From the NCBI GenBank assembly GCA_043730605.1, contig JAYTJZ010000031.1, positions 1-44,905 on the forward strand: a stretch of 44,905 nt of DNA, written 5' to 3'. Numbering within the stretch: the first letter of the stretch is position 1; each line of letters starts with the position of its first letter. Source of the DNA: Candidatus Altimarinota bacterium (lineage in GTDB: Bacteria; Patescibacteriota; Gracilibacteria; BD1-5; UBA6164). Of the stretch, positions 1-12,359 are shown one piece after another. The position numbers and the translations under genes are program-made. Under the pieces are notes generated by a model. That model saw nothing but the letters and a program-made list of their open reading frames with translations, was not told the origin of the DNA and did not search any database.

Positions 1-513
1 CTTCCTCTCGTAGGAGTTGCGATATTTAAGGCTGAGCTTTTTCTTCACCTCGGAGCGATGGTGAATCGTCTCGAAAATCTCTCAAAATCTCTGGAGATGT
101 TTTTCTACAATCCTATAGGATATGGTCTCGGGATAGCTGGTCCTGCAAGTCAGATAGGTCACGATATAGAATCAGCTGGAAACTGGCAAATCGCAACTTC
201 TACCACACAAGCTGTTCATCGTTTTCTTCCTGAAAACTGGTATGTACAGATACTTCTCGAACAAGGAATCGTAGGATTTTTTATTTTCATGAGTCTTATC
301 CTTTTGATAGGGTTTCGTCTTATGGATCGACTCAAACAACATCGAGATTTTATGACGGTAGGGATTACTACAGCCTACTTTTCCCTCTGTTTTATGTCAC
401 TTTTTACTCATGCTTTTGAAGAAGCAGCCACGAGCTATACTCTCTTTCTTATTATCGGTATAGTGCTCTCAGAAAGTATGTCTCACGAACGACATCAAAA
501 AAAGAAGAAATAA
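1..513 (+). CDS. O-antigen ligase/polymerase-like polytopic membrane protein, C-terminal part (5' end lies outside the window)
   Basis: Frame 1 is open from base 1 to TAA 511-513. The sequence is hydrophobic and multi-TM. ...HRFLPENWYVQILLEQGIVGFFIF... resembles the conserved H-N-x-Y-L-x-x-L-x-E-x-G-x-x-G region of the O-antigen ligase family. Confidence 0.55.
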   Translation, partial: LPLVGVAIFKAELFLHLGAMVNRLENLSKSLEMFFYNPIGYGLGIAGPASQIGHDIESAGNWQIATSTTQAVHRFLPENWYVQILLEQGIVGFFIFMSLILLIGFRLMDRLKQHRDFMTVGITTAYFSLCFMSLFTHAFEEAATSYTLFLIIGIVLSESMSHERHQKKKK

Positions 514-519
514 TAAATC

Positions 520-2187
520 ATGAAAAAAAGTTCTTTAATACTCTGACTCATCTGTCTCTGAGGAAGTCTCTTTCAACTCTCTTTTTTTTCACTCAACGAA
601 GTGATGAAGATCGCAGATAGTTTTGCCTATTTGCAGATGAGCTATTTTTTAGAACATCTTTCTGGGCAGTGATTGGGAAGTGGTTGGTTTGGTTTTGTAT
701 ACTCTCTCCCGATTGCCATTTTCAATATATTTTTGAATGATGGCTTTTTCGCAGGAAAGATTGTAAATATTATTTTATGGAATATTTCAGCTCTCCTTAT
801 ATGGAAAATTTCACGAAAAATACTTTCTGAAAACTTTTCTCTCCTGGTGGTATTTCTTTCTTTTTTCTCCGCAAGTTTCCTCTCGTTTCATATCCATATC
901 CTTTCTGAAAATATTTATATTCCTCTCTTTCTTTGGCTTTTTCTAAATATATATAGCCTGGTGGAAGAAATTGGTATATTCTCTAGTCCATCACTCCAGT
1001 TTGCTCGTCAAAAGAAACAAATTTTTCAAATAGCCTGTATTATGGGGATTCTCTATCTCACACGAGCTGAAGCATTTATCTATATTGGCTCGATTGGAAT
1101 TCTAGCTTTTGGACTTCTCTTTTTAAGAAAAATATCTTTTCAACGTTTTTTTATGTTGGGAAGTATTTTTTTTCTTACTTTTTTTCTCTTTATATCTCCC
1201 TATCTTTGGCATTTACACAGTATCACGTGAGAATGGTCACTCACTAATAAATGAGCTAGTAATCTCAGACAAGCTGAACTGAGAGGAGTTGAAAAAATGG
1301 ATGATGCTGGATTTGAGCAAGCTGTTGCAGAGTTGACTGCCGACAGAAAACATCTTATCGCAGGATTTGCTGGAGGGATGAGATATGAAAAACCTCAAAT
1401 AGAGTGAAGTCTGCGTGAAATATTTTCCAAAAATCCTCAGCTTATATTCTCACGTATATGGGAAAATCAAAAAAAACTCTTTCTCAAAAATATTCCTGAA
1501 ATATTTTTGGGAGACGCAGTCAAACTGTCTCACTCAGATGACTCCCGTTTTGGAAATAATGCTATGTTTTTCATATGGTTGATGCTTCCTTTTTTTATAC
1601 TGGGATTTGGTTTTTGGAAACTCTTTCGAACAGAAAAAATATTTTTAAGTATGACTCTTGCTTTTTTTCTTCCTGCATGTTTCTTTTTTACACTCTTTTT
1701 TACGCTCAATCGATATTTTATCATATTTTATCCGATTTTTCTTATTATTTTTGTATATGGTATTTCAGAAATCTATCGTTTCAAAAAGGTATCTTTTCTC
1801 TTTTTTGTAGGAAATATACTTTCGATATATATGCTTTCTTGTCTCGTATACTGGAATAGTGAAAGTCCAAAAGATACTCTGTATCAACTCAAACAAGAAG
1901 CAGGAATCTGGCTTTCAAAGCAAAATCTCGACCAAGAACAGCTTGATATTATGGAACGATTTCCTATCGTGACCTACTATGTTGGAAGTAAAACTCGCTT
2001 TATCACTCCCTATACTCAAAATCCTCAAGATATACGAACCTATGCTCTCTTTCAAGGAATTGAGTTTCTCGTCGTGGATACTATGGATTTTCTTACCTAT
2101 CGTCCAGCTCTTGCAAGTATGCTTGAAAATACTCCAGAAGGGTTCATTAAATTTAAAGAATTTTCAAATAATCAATGAGAAAAAGTA
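520..2187 (+). CDS. large polytopic membrane protein, probably a GT-C-type (ArnT/PMT-like) glycosyltransferase
   Basis: ATG 520. One frame (frame 1) joins track ORFs 673-1230 and 1507-2178 through in-frame TGAs only. The real stop is TAA 2185-2187. Many TM segments; sits next to the O-antigen-ligase-like gene. The family assignment is tentative. Confidence 0.45.
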
Positions 2188-2206
2188 ATTTTGTATCAGA
2201 TAAAAA

Positions 2207-2238
2207 AATAATATACTAGAAAGGTATATTATTTTTTT
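2207..2238 (+). terminator. rho-independent terminator
   Basis: AATAATATAC / GTATATTATT 10-bp stem with a 7-nt loop, followed by a T-run, just after stop 2187. Confidence 0.6.
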
Positions 2239-2249
2239 ATTCGTTTTTT

Positions 2250-3986
2250 ATGTTGCGAAAAATACTGTGTTTTCTCGTTATTATAACTCTTACAGGAAGT
2301 CTTTTCCCTCTCTCACTTGAAGCAGCAGAACAAAGTTTTATGGAAGTACGTAATGAAATCAAGGCAACTCCTCTCGGAAAAAAGTTCCTTCCACAAATCG
2401 ATCGTCTGCTTCCAAAACTTTCACAGGAACAACTCGATGATATGTGGTATAAAATAGATGAACTGTACTGGCAAGAAGATATTTCTGCGGAACATGAACT
2501 CATTTTTGACTATATGTATGCTGCTATCGAACAAGAGCTCGATGCTCGTTCTATCGTAACTCTTACTTCAACACTCTCCACATCTGAACAAACACAGATA
2601 GAAACTTCTTTGCTTCAAGTACAAAAAACTCTCAGCGAAGAAGTGAAAACTCTTCTCCAAGACCTTTCTCTTAACTGGTCAGAACTTACAAGATATGAAG
2701 AAAAATGAAATCTTGAGATGAATCTCGATATGGATCTCGGAGCACTCGGATCAGTGAAGTCTGGTCTTGATATAAAAAACTATACGAGTAAACAAGCTCT
2801 CTTTGACCAACAACTTACGGCTCAGATAGAAGCTTTTGTAGATGCGACTCTCAGTGGAGAGGATATAAAAGTTCAATGAAGATCTCTCCTTGATTTCATT
2901 TCAAAAGATGGAAATATGTATTTACTTGCTGAAAAACTCGAATTTTCTGCTTCGGGAGCAAGTCAAGAACTGGTGGGATACCAAGATATCGTACAACAAC
3001 TTCAAGAACTTGCGAAAACAAAAACGTATTTGAAATTTTCAGATGAAAACTCAAAAGCAGGACTTGAACTTCTCACTCAACTGACTCCTAAAAATATAGA
3101 AGCCGAACTCGAAAAAGCTTCAAGTACTCTTCTCTTCAAACCAATTGGAAAACAAGGAGACAGTTATCTCCTCTCTCCAACCAAGCACTTTTGTGATATC
3201 TCTAAACAAGCTCTCGATATCTTTGATCCATTTTCAGGGGATACTTGTAGTAATGGACAATACCAAGATATGCTTGATAGTATGGAAGAAAATGGTATGA
3301 GCCTTTTGTATACTCCAGGAAGTCAAAAAGCACTTCGTATCCAAATAGAAAATGAATCTGCTTCTGGAAAAATAGATCTTCTCTGGTCAGATACAGGAAT
3401 ATCTTCTCTTACAGCAAGTATCGTTGATCCTACAAATCCAAAACAAAATAAACTTTCTTTTGCTCTATTTCCTCAAAAATCGCTTGAATTTCTTCTTCAG
3501 GTAGAGGGAGATATTGTTCAAAGCTCTCTAAGCTTTACTCAGGCAGGAAATATATCAGCAGGAAGCTTCAAAGCAACAGGGAAAGACATAGGAAATCTCA
3601 CTATAGATTATAAAAATAATTTACTGACCCTTTCTCTTGTTTCCGTACAAGAAAGTGGAAGCTTGATTTGCAAAGGATCTGGAACTCTCAAAGAAGACTT
3701 TGCTGATATTTTTCTCAAGTGTGATGTCGAAAGTCCTGCTCTTGCTTTTGTATTTCCTGGAGAAGAAACTATGACCCTCGATATAAAACTTTCTTCTGAT
3801 ATGCTTGCAGGAAAAAATAACTTTGGTTTTTCCCTTATAGGAAACACTGGAGCAAGAAAAGTATTCTCGTTTGATATAAAAAATACAGGAACTCGAAACG
3901 CAAGTCCAAATCTCACTATCACAGCTCCGACTAAAACCGTAGATGCGGAAAAAGTGATGGGTGACCTCTATGATTCTGGATTTTAA
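2250..3986 (+). CDS. secreted hypothetical protein (about 578 aa) with an N-terminal signal peptide
   Basis: ORFs 2250-2708 and 2916-3986 are in the same frame. The interval between them contains only TGA codons (2706, 2877). N-terminus MLRKILCFLVIITLTGSLFPLSLEAAE looks like a signal peptide. No family recognised. Confidence 0.6.
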
Positions 3987-4025
3987 ATATTCTAAAAAAG
4001 TCTCTTATTCTTTATATTTGAAAGT

Positions 4026-5399
4026 ATGTGGTACATAAAATTTCTCATTTGATTCTTTTTACTCGGATGTTTTTCTCATAGTTTTTCATATGATGCCAGC
4101 GATATAGAATCTGCTGACTTTTTAGCTCAGAAAGGAATTATAGAAAATTGGGCTTCTTCTCATGAAAACTATAAGCTTGATGATACTATTACGAGAAGAG
4201 AGATGCTCAAAGTGATGCTTCTTCTTTCCGAGAAACAAGTTATAAATAGTTGTACTGGCTTATTTCAAGACTTATGAAGCCAAGACTGGGGATGTAAGTA
4301 TGCTGAAACTGCCGTAAAAGAATGATTTATTACGCAAAATTCTTATTTTCGTCCTGATGACTCTATCACTCAAATAGAAGCGCTCAAGATGATTATGCAA
4401 GCTCAAAGTATAGAAAAAGATGCTGGGAAGAGTGATTGGAGAGAAGGCTATGTTTCAAAAGCAGGCGAGCTGGGGCTTATCCGAGATATATACTTTAACT
4501 ATGATACGATAGCTCTGAGAAAAAATATATTTGAAGTAGGACGAAACTCTCTTGCTTTTGTTTCTGAAATTCTAGATGAAATCTGAGATCCTCTATTCCT
4601 CACTGTTCCCTATAAAGTTATAAATTGAGTAGATCCAAATCTTCTCAGTTTAGACCTTCGATACTTTTCTGATACTCAAAATAAAAAACCAGTAGTCATT
4701 TATGTACACGGAGGGGGTTGGGCTATAGGTGATAAATCGTATCAACTCGAAAACAAAATTCCCTATTTTGAATCTCTTGGATATATTTTTGTGAGTGTAA
4801 ATTATAGACTCAGTCCAAACCCTGAAAGTGATAATCCAAATCGAGTGATGTACCCTATCCATAATGAAGACGTGGCAAGTTCTCTCGCTTGGGTCGTCAA
4901 AAATATAGACCAATATGGATGAGACGCATCAAAAATAGCTCTTATGGGACATAGTGCTTGAGGTCATCTCGTCGCACTTACCGCAACAAACGAAACATTT
5001 TTAGAAGCTGAAGGAATCAACTTGGAGAATCTCAAAGGAGTTGCCATTATTGATACAGAAGGGTACGATATCCAGAAAAAAGTGGTAGAAGAAGAAAATT
5101 ATATTTATGTAAATGCTTTTGGAGAAACACAAGCAAATCTCCTTGATGCTTCTCCTGTGTATAATCTTTCAAAGGAAAAAAGCTACCCCCCATTTTTTAT
5201 AGTAAAACGAAGTAGTGGCAGTGAGGGAGAAATAGAAGAAACATTTATCCGAAGCTTAGAAATATATAACAAGGATGTAACTGTTGTAGATGGATCGATG
5301 TATACACATAAAGAGGTAAATGGAGTGATAGGAAGTCCTGATGACACTTTTATCACTCCTCCTCTCACAGAGTTCTTTCAGAGTATTTTTAGTGAGTAA
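4026..5399 (+). CDS. secreted SLH-like-domain protein fused to an HGGG-type alpha/beta hydrolase (esterase/lipase fold)
   Basis: ATG 4026. Frame 3 joins ORFs 4389-4586 and 5022-5399 through TGAs. Motifs VYVHGGGWAIGDK (oxyanion hole) and LMGHSAGGHL (GxSxG elbow; its last Gly is TGA 4959-4961). The N-terminal roughly 150 aa is homologous to the N-terminus of the surface protein at 40277-43729. Confidence 0.75.
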
Positions 5400-5413
5400 G
5401 GTACTATCTATTC

Positions 5414-5447
5414 AAAAAAAGACAGAAATTAATTTCTGTCTTTTTTT
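5414..5447. terminator. bidirectional rho-independent terminator between convergent genes
   Basis: Perfect palindrome AAAGACAGAAATT/AATTTCTGTCTTT flanked by an A-run and a T-run, between the esterase stop (5399) and the dnaE stop (5446). Confidence 0.7.
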
Positions 5448-8400
5448 ATAAATTCTGCTCTTCCCACTCTCCTAATCCCTCCACACTTGCAAGACTCATT
5501 TTGGTATCTACTTTTTTGCCTGAGAGGAGGATATATATTGCTATAATTCCTGGTTCTTGAGACGCAAGAAAGTCTTTGAGTGCATGGATTTGTTCTATTT
5601 TACTTCCTGCTGGAATCTCCACAATATATTCTTGAAGGAGGTCTTGTTCATTTTTTTCTACTTTTTCCAGTTTATTTTCTTCTATTTTTTCCTCAAGTAC
5701 TTCTTCAAACTCTTGGACTCTCTCTTCTCCCAAAGCTTCTTCTGGAAGTATATCCTGCATATCATCTGAAGTATCATCTTGCTTTATAGAAGAGACTTGA
5801 GAGAAATTTTGTTGTGGAATATCAGGAATAGTTTCTTGTATGATACTCTGTAAAAATACTCTCTTCATCGTATCGAGTAATCCCATATCTCGAGCTTGTT
5901 CTCGAACTTGAGTGATACTCGCTACGATAATACTTTTTGGTCTCAAACTTTTTCGACGATACTCGAAATTGATATCGAGATTTCCCTCGATGATGATGAT
6001 TTTTCACAAAGAAACTATATCTTTATATTTTTCATAATCTCGATCAAAAATAGTAACCTCGAAATCATAATCAAATCCTTCGCAACTGAGAAAAAGCATA
6101 TTTTTTCCTGTTTTACTCACGATTTTTCTCAAAGTAATAATCACTCCTACAGCCTGAACTTGTTGCTTTTGAAGATCTTGTTTAAACTTTTCTTCATTTT
6201 CTTTGAATTTCTTCTGCAGTGTTTCAAAATCTTCTTTGAGAGAAGCTATACTTCGAGATCGTCTTTGACAATAGAGTCTCAGACTATCGAGAGGATGTCC
6301 CGAAACCATATATCAGAGCACTTCTTTTTCTCAGAAAAGCTTTTGTTCATAACTCAAGGGACTTGCTATTTTGAGAACTAAGCTATCATCAAAATCCGAA
6401 AGTCCAGTGTCAAACATCCCCATTTGAGAAGAAGATTGCTTTTTTTCTTCGTTTTTTGATGCACGATTGATATCATCGATGTTCTGTAAAAGAGTATTTC
6501 TTTCTCAAAAAATATCCATCGCTCCTGCATAAATAAGAGACTCCAGAGATTTTTTGTTGAGTGCTTCTTTTCCTGCTCGTTTGATAAAATCTCAAATATC
6601 AGAAAAAGGAGCATGTTTCCGAGCTTCCAGTATCGCATCTATCGGACCTTCCCCAAGTCATTTAATTGCTTTCAATCCAAAACGAATATGAGTATCATCG
6701 ATATAAGTAAAATGTTTCAGAGATTCATTGATATCTGGTCTCATGATTTCGATACCATTTTGTTGCGCTTCTCACACCTCGAGGATGATACGATCCATAT
6801 TTTCTTCATCTGAAGTCATCATAGAAGTGAGAAACTCCGTTCTATAGTGAGCTTTCAGATAGGCTGTTTGGTATGAAATATAGGCATAACAAGCAGCATG
6901 GGATTTATTAAATGAATAGTTTGCTGCTGGTTGTATCATCTCTTCATAAATAAATTGGCTTGTTTCTGGTTTATAGGCCTTATAAGCTGCAGCTTTGGTA
7001 ATAAACTCTTTCTTAAGATCCTCAATCACCTCTACTTTTTTCTTTCCGACTCATCGTCTCAAAAGATCTGCTTCCCCAAGGGAAAATCCTGCCATATACT
7101 GTACAATAAACATCAGTTGTTCTTGATACACTGCGATTCCATAACTGACATTGAGAATAGGTCACAAATCTTCATTGAGTTTTCGTTCTTCTTCTGCGAT
7201 TTCTTCTGCAGAGTATTTTTTCTCAAGTTTTTCTCGCAGGGCTGGAAGCATATAAATAATCACTTCTCGACCGTGTTTTCGCTCAACATAGCTTGGGATA
7301 TACGCAAGAGGTCCTGGTCGGTACAGTGATACCATCGCGATAAGGTCTTCGAATCTATCGGGTGCTAAGTCTTTGAGATATTTTCTCATCCCCTCTGACT
7401 CAAACTGAAAAATCCCAGTCGTATCTCCATCTGCAAAAACTTTATATACCGCAGTATCATCCATCGGAAGTTCCAGAACATCTACTTTTTTTCCTTTACT
7501 GGATTCTATGATTTTTTGAGTACGTTTGATGATCGTGAGATTTCGAAGTCCTAAAAAGTCCATCTTCAAAAGCCCCAGATCTTCGAGGGGGTAGGCTGAG
7601 TACTGAGTAACGATAGACTGTGCGTCTTTTGGAGGATGCGCGAGGGCTGTGAAATTTGTGAGTGGTTCTGGAGCGATGATAACGGCACAAGCATGAACTC
7701 CAAGTTGTCGTACATTTCCTTCGATTTTGAGTGCGTTGTCTATAATAAGTTTATATTTAGGATTTTCTTCATAGGCTTTTTTAAACTCGGGAGAATCTAT
7801 CAATGCTCCTGCGAGTTTTGTTCCTGGTTTTTCTGGAATAAGTTTGCCCAGTTCATTCATCTCAGCAAAAGGAATTCCCATTACTCGTCCTACATCTTTT
7901 ACGGCAGCTCTCGCTGCAAAAGTACCAAAAGTACAGATTTGAGCTACTCGATCTGCTCCATATTTTCCTCGACAATACTCTACCACTCTGTCTCTGTCAC
8001 TATCAGCAAAGTCCGTGTCTATATCAGGCATCGAGATACGAGCAGGATTCAAAAATCTTTCAAAAAGAAGATCATAGAGAAGAGGATCTATGTCTGTAAT
8101 ACCTGTCAAGTATGCCATGAGACTTCCCGCAGCAGATCATCGACCAGGACCAACAGGGATATCACTCTTTCGAGCCCAGCCTATATAGTCAGCTACGATG
8201 AGAAAATAAGCATTAAATCCCATTTCATGCACTACGACGAGCTCATACTCGAGTCGTTCTATTTTATCTTGAAAGTCCTGTGAAAAACTCGCAAGTATTT
8301 CTTTTTTTCGCTGAGAATAATACGTAAGAGAAAGAGTTTTGAGCTCTTCTGGAGAAGTTTCAGTGAGGGTTTTAGTCAAACCTGGCATATCTGTTTTTTG

Positions 8401-9423
8401 TACGAGTTCAAAAAGCAAATGTTTCGAAAGATCTGTTTTATACCTCCAGTTCAGTCCTGCATACGAAAGATAGCGAAGATACCATTCATCGGAAGAAAGT
8501 ATTTTTTTGGGTGTCTTTCCAGGATATTGTTTTTGAAATGCTTGTGCTTCTTCAAAAAGCTCTTGCATATCTTCTGGGAGCTCAAAAGTTGGGATACGAA
8601 TCCCTCCTATTTCGATATGAATATCCACCATATCTGCTATTTTTTGGGTATTTTCGAGAGCCTCTGGAAGATAGCCAAATACTTCTTGCATACTCTCTTC
8701 ACTCAAAAAAGAGTAGTCTCAAGCAAGCAAACTCTTTCTATCTGGATTTTCTATTTCATGCCCTGTACCCAAAGCCATGATGATATCTTGCGTTGTTTTA
8801 TCATCTACTTCAATGTAATACGTATTTTGACAAGCAACCAGTGGAATATTGTATTTTTGTCCAAGCTTAACTATCTTATCTGTTACAAGTTGTTGTTTTG
8901 GTATATCACGATGATACAAAATTTCAAGAAAGTAATTTTCTTGTCCAAAAACTACCTGATATTGACGTATACGATTCAGAATATATTCATCTGATTTTCC
9001 CGAAAGAATATAATAGGAAATTTCTCAAGAAATTGGTCCACTCAAACATATGAGATCTTCACTATAGTTTTTAAGCAAACTAAAATCTACTCGAGGAGTT
9101 TGACCTGGATGATCCAAAGAAGCATGAGAGATAAGCTGTATGAGATTTTGGTAGCCTTTTGCACTTTTTGCAAGCAAAACGAGTTTATGAAACAGTTTTA
9201 CATCTGTTTCTGACTGTATAAATATCTCAGCTCATAGAATAGGCTTTATTCCTTCTTCTTTACAGTATTTATAAAACTCGTGGCAGCCATGAAGATTTCC
9301 AGTATCCGTGAGTGCGAGTGCTTCCATCCCCAGAGATTTTGCTTTTTTAACATAGTCTTTTGGTTTTGGAAGTCACTCTAAGATAGAGTAGTGCGAGTGA
9401 GTATGGAGATGAACAAAAGACAT
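5446..9423 (-). CDS. dnaE: DNA polymerase III alpha subunit
   Basis: Track ORFs 5446-5946, 6004-6309, 6772-7029, 7162-8118, 8137-8706 and 8719-8919 are all in one frame, 3978 nt in total. N-terminus [17 protein letters not shown] (PHP domain; the G is TGA 9373-9375). Typical Pol III alpha core, e.g. [11 protein letters not shown] and LYRPGP. Confidence 0.95.
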
Positions 9424-9524
9424 AAAACAGAGTATAAAAAATAGAGCTTCAGTATATCTGTTTTTGCAAAAAATACGAGACTGATTATACTCTTTTCTGT
9501 CAAAAATATGTTTAAAAAATCTTC

Positions 9525-10193
9525 ATGAATATTCAACTTGAGACATCTTGGAAAAAAGCCCTGAGTGAGAGCTTTGAAAAAACTTACTTTCAAGATATAA
9601 AATCTTTTCTCACGACAGAGATAAGCTCTGGAAAAATCATATATCCTCATCCAAAGAATATTTTTGCAGCTCTCAATGAAACTCCTTTTTCTCAAGTTCG
9701 AGTTGTGATTTTGTGACAAGACCCCTATCACTGAACTGGACAAGCTCATGGACTTTCGTTTTCTGTCCAAGATGGAGTGAAGATTCCTCCAAGCTTACAA
9801 AATATCTACAAAGAACTCAAGCTGGAATATCCTGATTATACTATCCCTAGCTTTGGAAACCTTACTGCTTGGACAGAACAAGGTGTACTTCTTCTCAATA
9901 GTATACTCACCGTTGAAGCAGGAAAACCTGCAAGCCATAGTAAGATAGGTTGGGAAATATTTACCGATACTATTATTTCAAAAATTTCACAAGAACGAGA
10001 AGGGATTATCTTCTTACTCTGGGGAAATTTTGCACGATCAAAAAAAGTGTTCATCGATACGACCAAACACTTTATTTTAGAAGCTCCACATCCATCTCCT
10101 TTTTCAGCACATTCAGGATTTTTTGGCTGTGGACACTTCAAAAAGGTAAATGAGATTTTAAGGGAGAGAGGAGAGGTAGAGATTCGGTGGTAA
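9525..10193 (+). CDS. ung: uracil-DNA glycosylase (family 1)
   Basis: ORFs 9525-9716 and 9777-10193 are in frame. Catalytic motif [21 protein letters not shown] with both flanking Gly encoded by TGA (9714-9716, 9732-9734). C-terminal HPSPFSA motif. Confidence 0.95.
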
Positions 10194-10199
10194 ATAATT

Positions 10200-12245
10200 C
10201 TACTTCTCCATCATCCTCCATACTCCTTTCCAATCAGATTCTGGAGGGTTTTCAAGAAACATATCACAACGAGTAATATAGGTTTCGGAAGGGATATCTC
10301 ATAAGAGTCTGAGTTCTTCAAAAAGTGTTTTTGCTTGTTTAAATTTTCTTTGGGTATAGAGGCTTTGTGCTTGTTCAAATTGTGTATACTGCTCTTTTTT
10401 TTCCTGAGAAACTTCCGTATTTTTTGCGATGAGTTCATAGATTTTTACAGAATTATCTTTTCATTTTACCTGAATTTCATCGAGAAAACGATAGAAAAAT
10501 ATATTTTTTGTTTCGTTATATATGACTTCACTGACACAGATATACGTTCCATAAAATTTATTCGCTCCTTCCAGTCGAGAAGCAAGGTTTACATGGTCTC
10601 CCAGTGCTGTGAAATCCATTTTTTTCCCGAGAGCTCCTATATTTCATACGATAGCTTCTCATCCATGAAGGCCCATACGAACCGATATTTTCTTTCCAAA
10701 CTTTTCTCCCCATTTTTGATTGAGAAAAATCAGTGCTTCCTGTTGCTTGAGAGCTGATTCACATAAAGAAGTATAACTATGAGCATCAAGAGGAGTAAAA
10801 GCTCCCCAAAGAGCCATAATAGCATCTCCTTCGAACTTATCAACATATCCTTGTTGTTCCATAATACAGGAAGTCATAATCGTGAGATATTCTCGTAAAA
10901 ATCCTACCAGTTCTTTCGGAGAAAGTATCTCACTAAAAGTAGTAAATCCTTCGATATCTGAAAAAAAGTAGAGGAGTAATTTTTCCTCTCCATCAAAATT
11001 AAGCTTCCCTTGTTCTGAAAGAATTTCTTCTGCAATGCTTGATCCTACATATTCTGTGAGTGCTTTATTAAGACGTTGTTTATTTTTATCTTCTATAAGG
11101 TATTTTACTATATTTGCTGATCACAAAGCAAGGATGAGAGAAAAAATAATTTCTGAGGGATAGTTTAAAATGAGATTCGTACCTAGCAAGATACTCAGAG
11201 GAAATAGAAACCAAAATATTAAAATAATCGCAATATTACTTCAAATAAGAACTTTTCGTGAAGAAGAGAGATTGACAGAAACAGAGAGGATGATCAGAAA
11301 AAATATTAAAATCCATTCCAGGTTTTTATTAAAATACATCATATACTGCTTTGAGAGCAAAGTATTGAGAATATTTGCATGAATATTGACCCCATATTCT
11401 GTTCCATTCGGAGTAAAAAAATCATCTTTGAGTCCTTCTGCTGCTGGACCTATAAGAAATATTTTATCTTGAAAGTCTATTTTTGCATCGAGTAATGTCG
11501 TACTTTCTTCGGTGAGAAGATCTCAAAAAGAAATACGTGTAAACTTTTTTGGATCAATAAAATTTATAAGGATCTCTTCTGAATTTTTACTGGAAAGAGG
11601 ATAAGAAAGAGTCGGAGAAAAAATATACTGTGTTGAAGTAAGCATTCCTGGTTTCTGAAACGTTTCATCACCATAGAGGAGCGTGTAAAAACTTCGGAGA
11701 ATCTGGAGGGTAAAATGTTCATATATTATATTATTTTTATCTTCAAAAAGAGGAGAAAATGAATATACCGTTTTATTTGATTTTTCGACTTCTGGAAAGA
11801 GAAAACCATTTTTTATATTTTTAAAGTATGGGATTTGTACCTCTTTTTCTCCTATATCGGTCGCAGATCAAAGTACGATATTATCTTGGAGTCAAAGGAT
11901 TTTTTGAAATATAGCATCCTCTTGAGGAAGAGAAGGATCGAGAAATAAAATATCAAAGGCAACGACTGCAGGATGAAATTTTTCTATATTCTCCAGAGCT
12001 TGAGCATATACGCTTCGAGGAAATGGAAAGCTTCCTATCATATCAAAAGTTTTATTATCAAGTTCTACGATGATAATATGTGGATTTGCAGAGATTCCAG
12101 CAACATCATTTTTTAAACTATAATATTGATTTTGAAGTGTTTTATTGAGGACTCGCAAAAATCAACTACTCGCAAAAAGAACTCAGACAATAAGACATGA
12201 GATACCAATAGTCAGAATATTTTTATTTTTAAGGAAAACAAACAT
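10200..12245 (-). CDS. CHASE2-domain membrane sensor fused to a class III adenylate/guanylate cyclase
   Basis: ATG at 12245-12243, TAG at 10202-10200, 2046 nt, interrupted only by TGA. CHASE2-like N-terminal part (IIIVELDNKTFDMIGSFPFPRSVYA). Cyclase core GYVDKFEGDAIMALWG ... GLHGGEAIVGNIG ... DFTALGDHVNLASRLE. Confidence 0.85.
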
Positions 12246-12359
12246 ATATTTTTATTTTGAAAATTCCTCGAGAAGTGAACCAGCTGTATCATCAAGAAAA
12301 TCTTGTATCTTTTCTTCTGTTTTTTCTTTTATATCTCCTATCCCTATATCTTTGAAATT

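Noticed and set aside
5446-9423. dnaE (and likewise mfd, queA, ung, ftsX, and the cyclase) appear as strings of short ORFs, which suggests pseudogenes or frameshifts.
   Set aside because: All fragments of each gene lie in a single frame and are separated only by TGA codons that align with conserved glycines. This is code-25 recoding, not gene decay.
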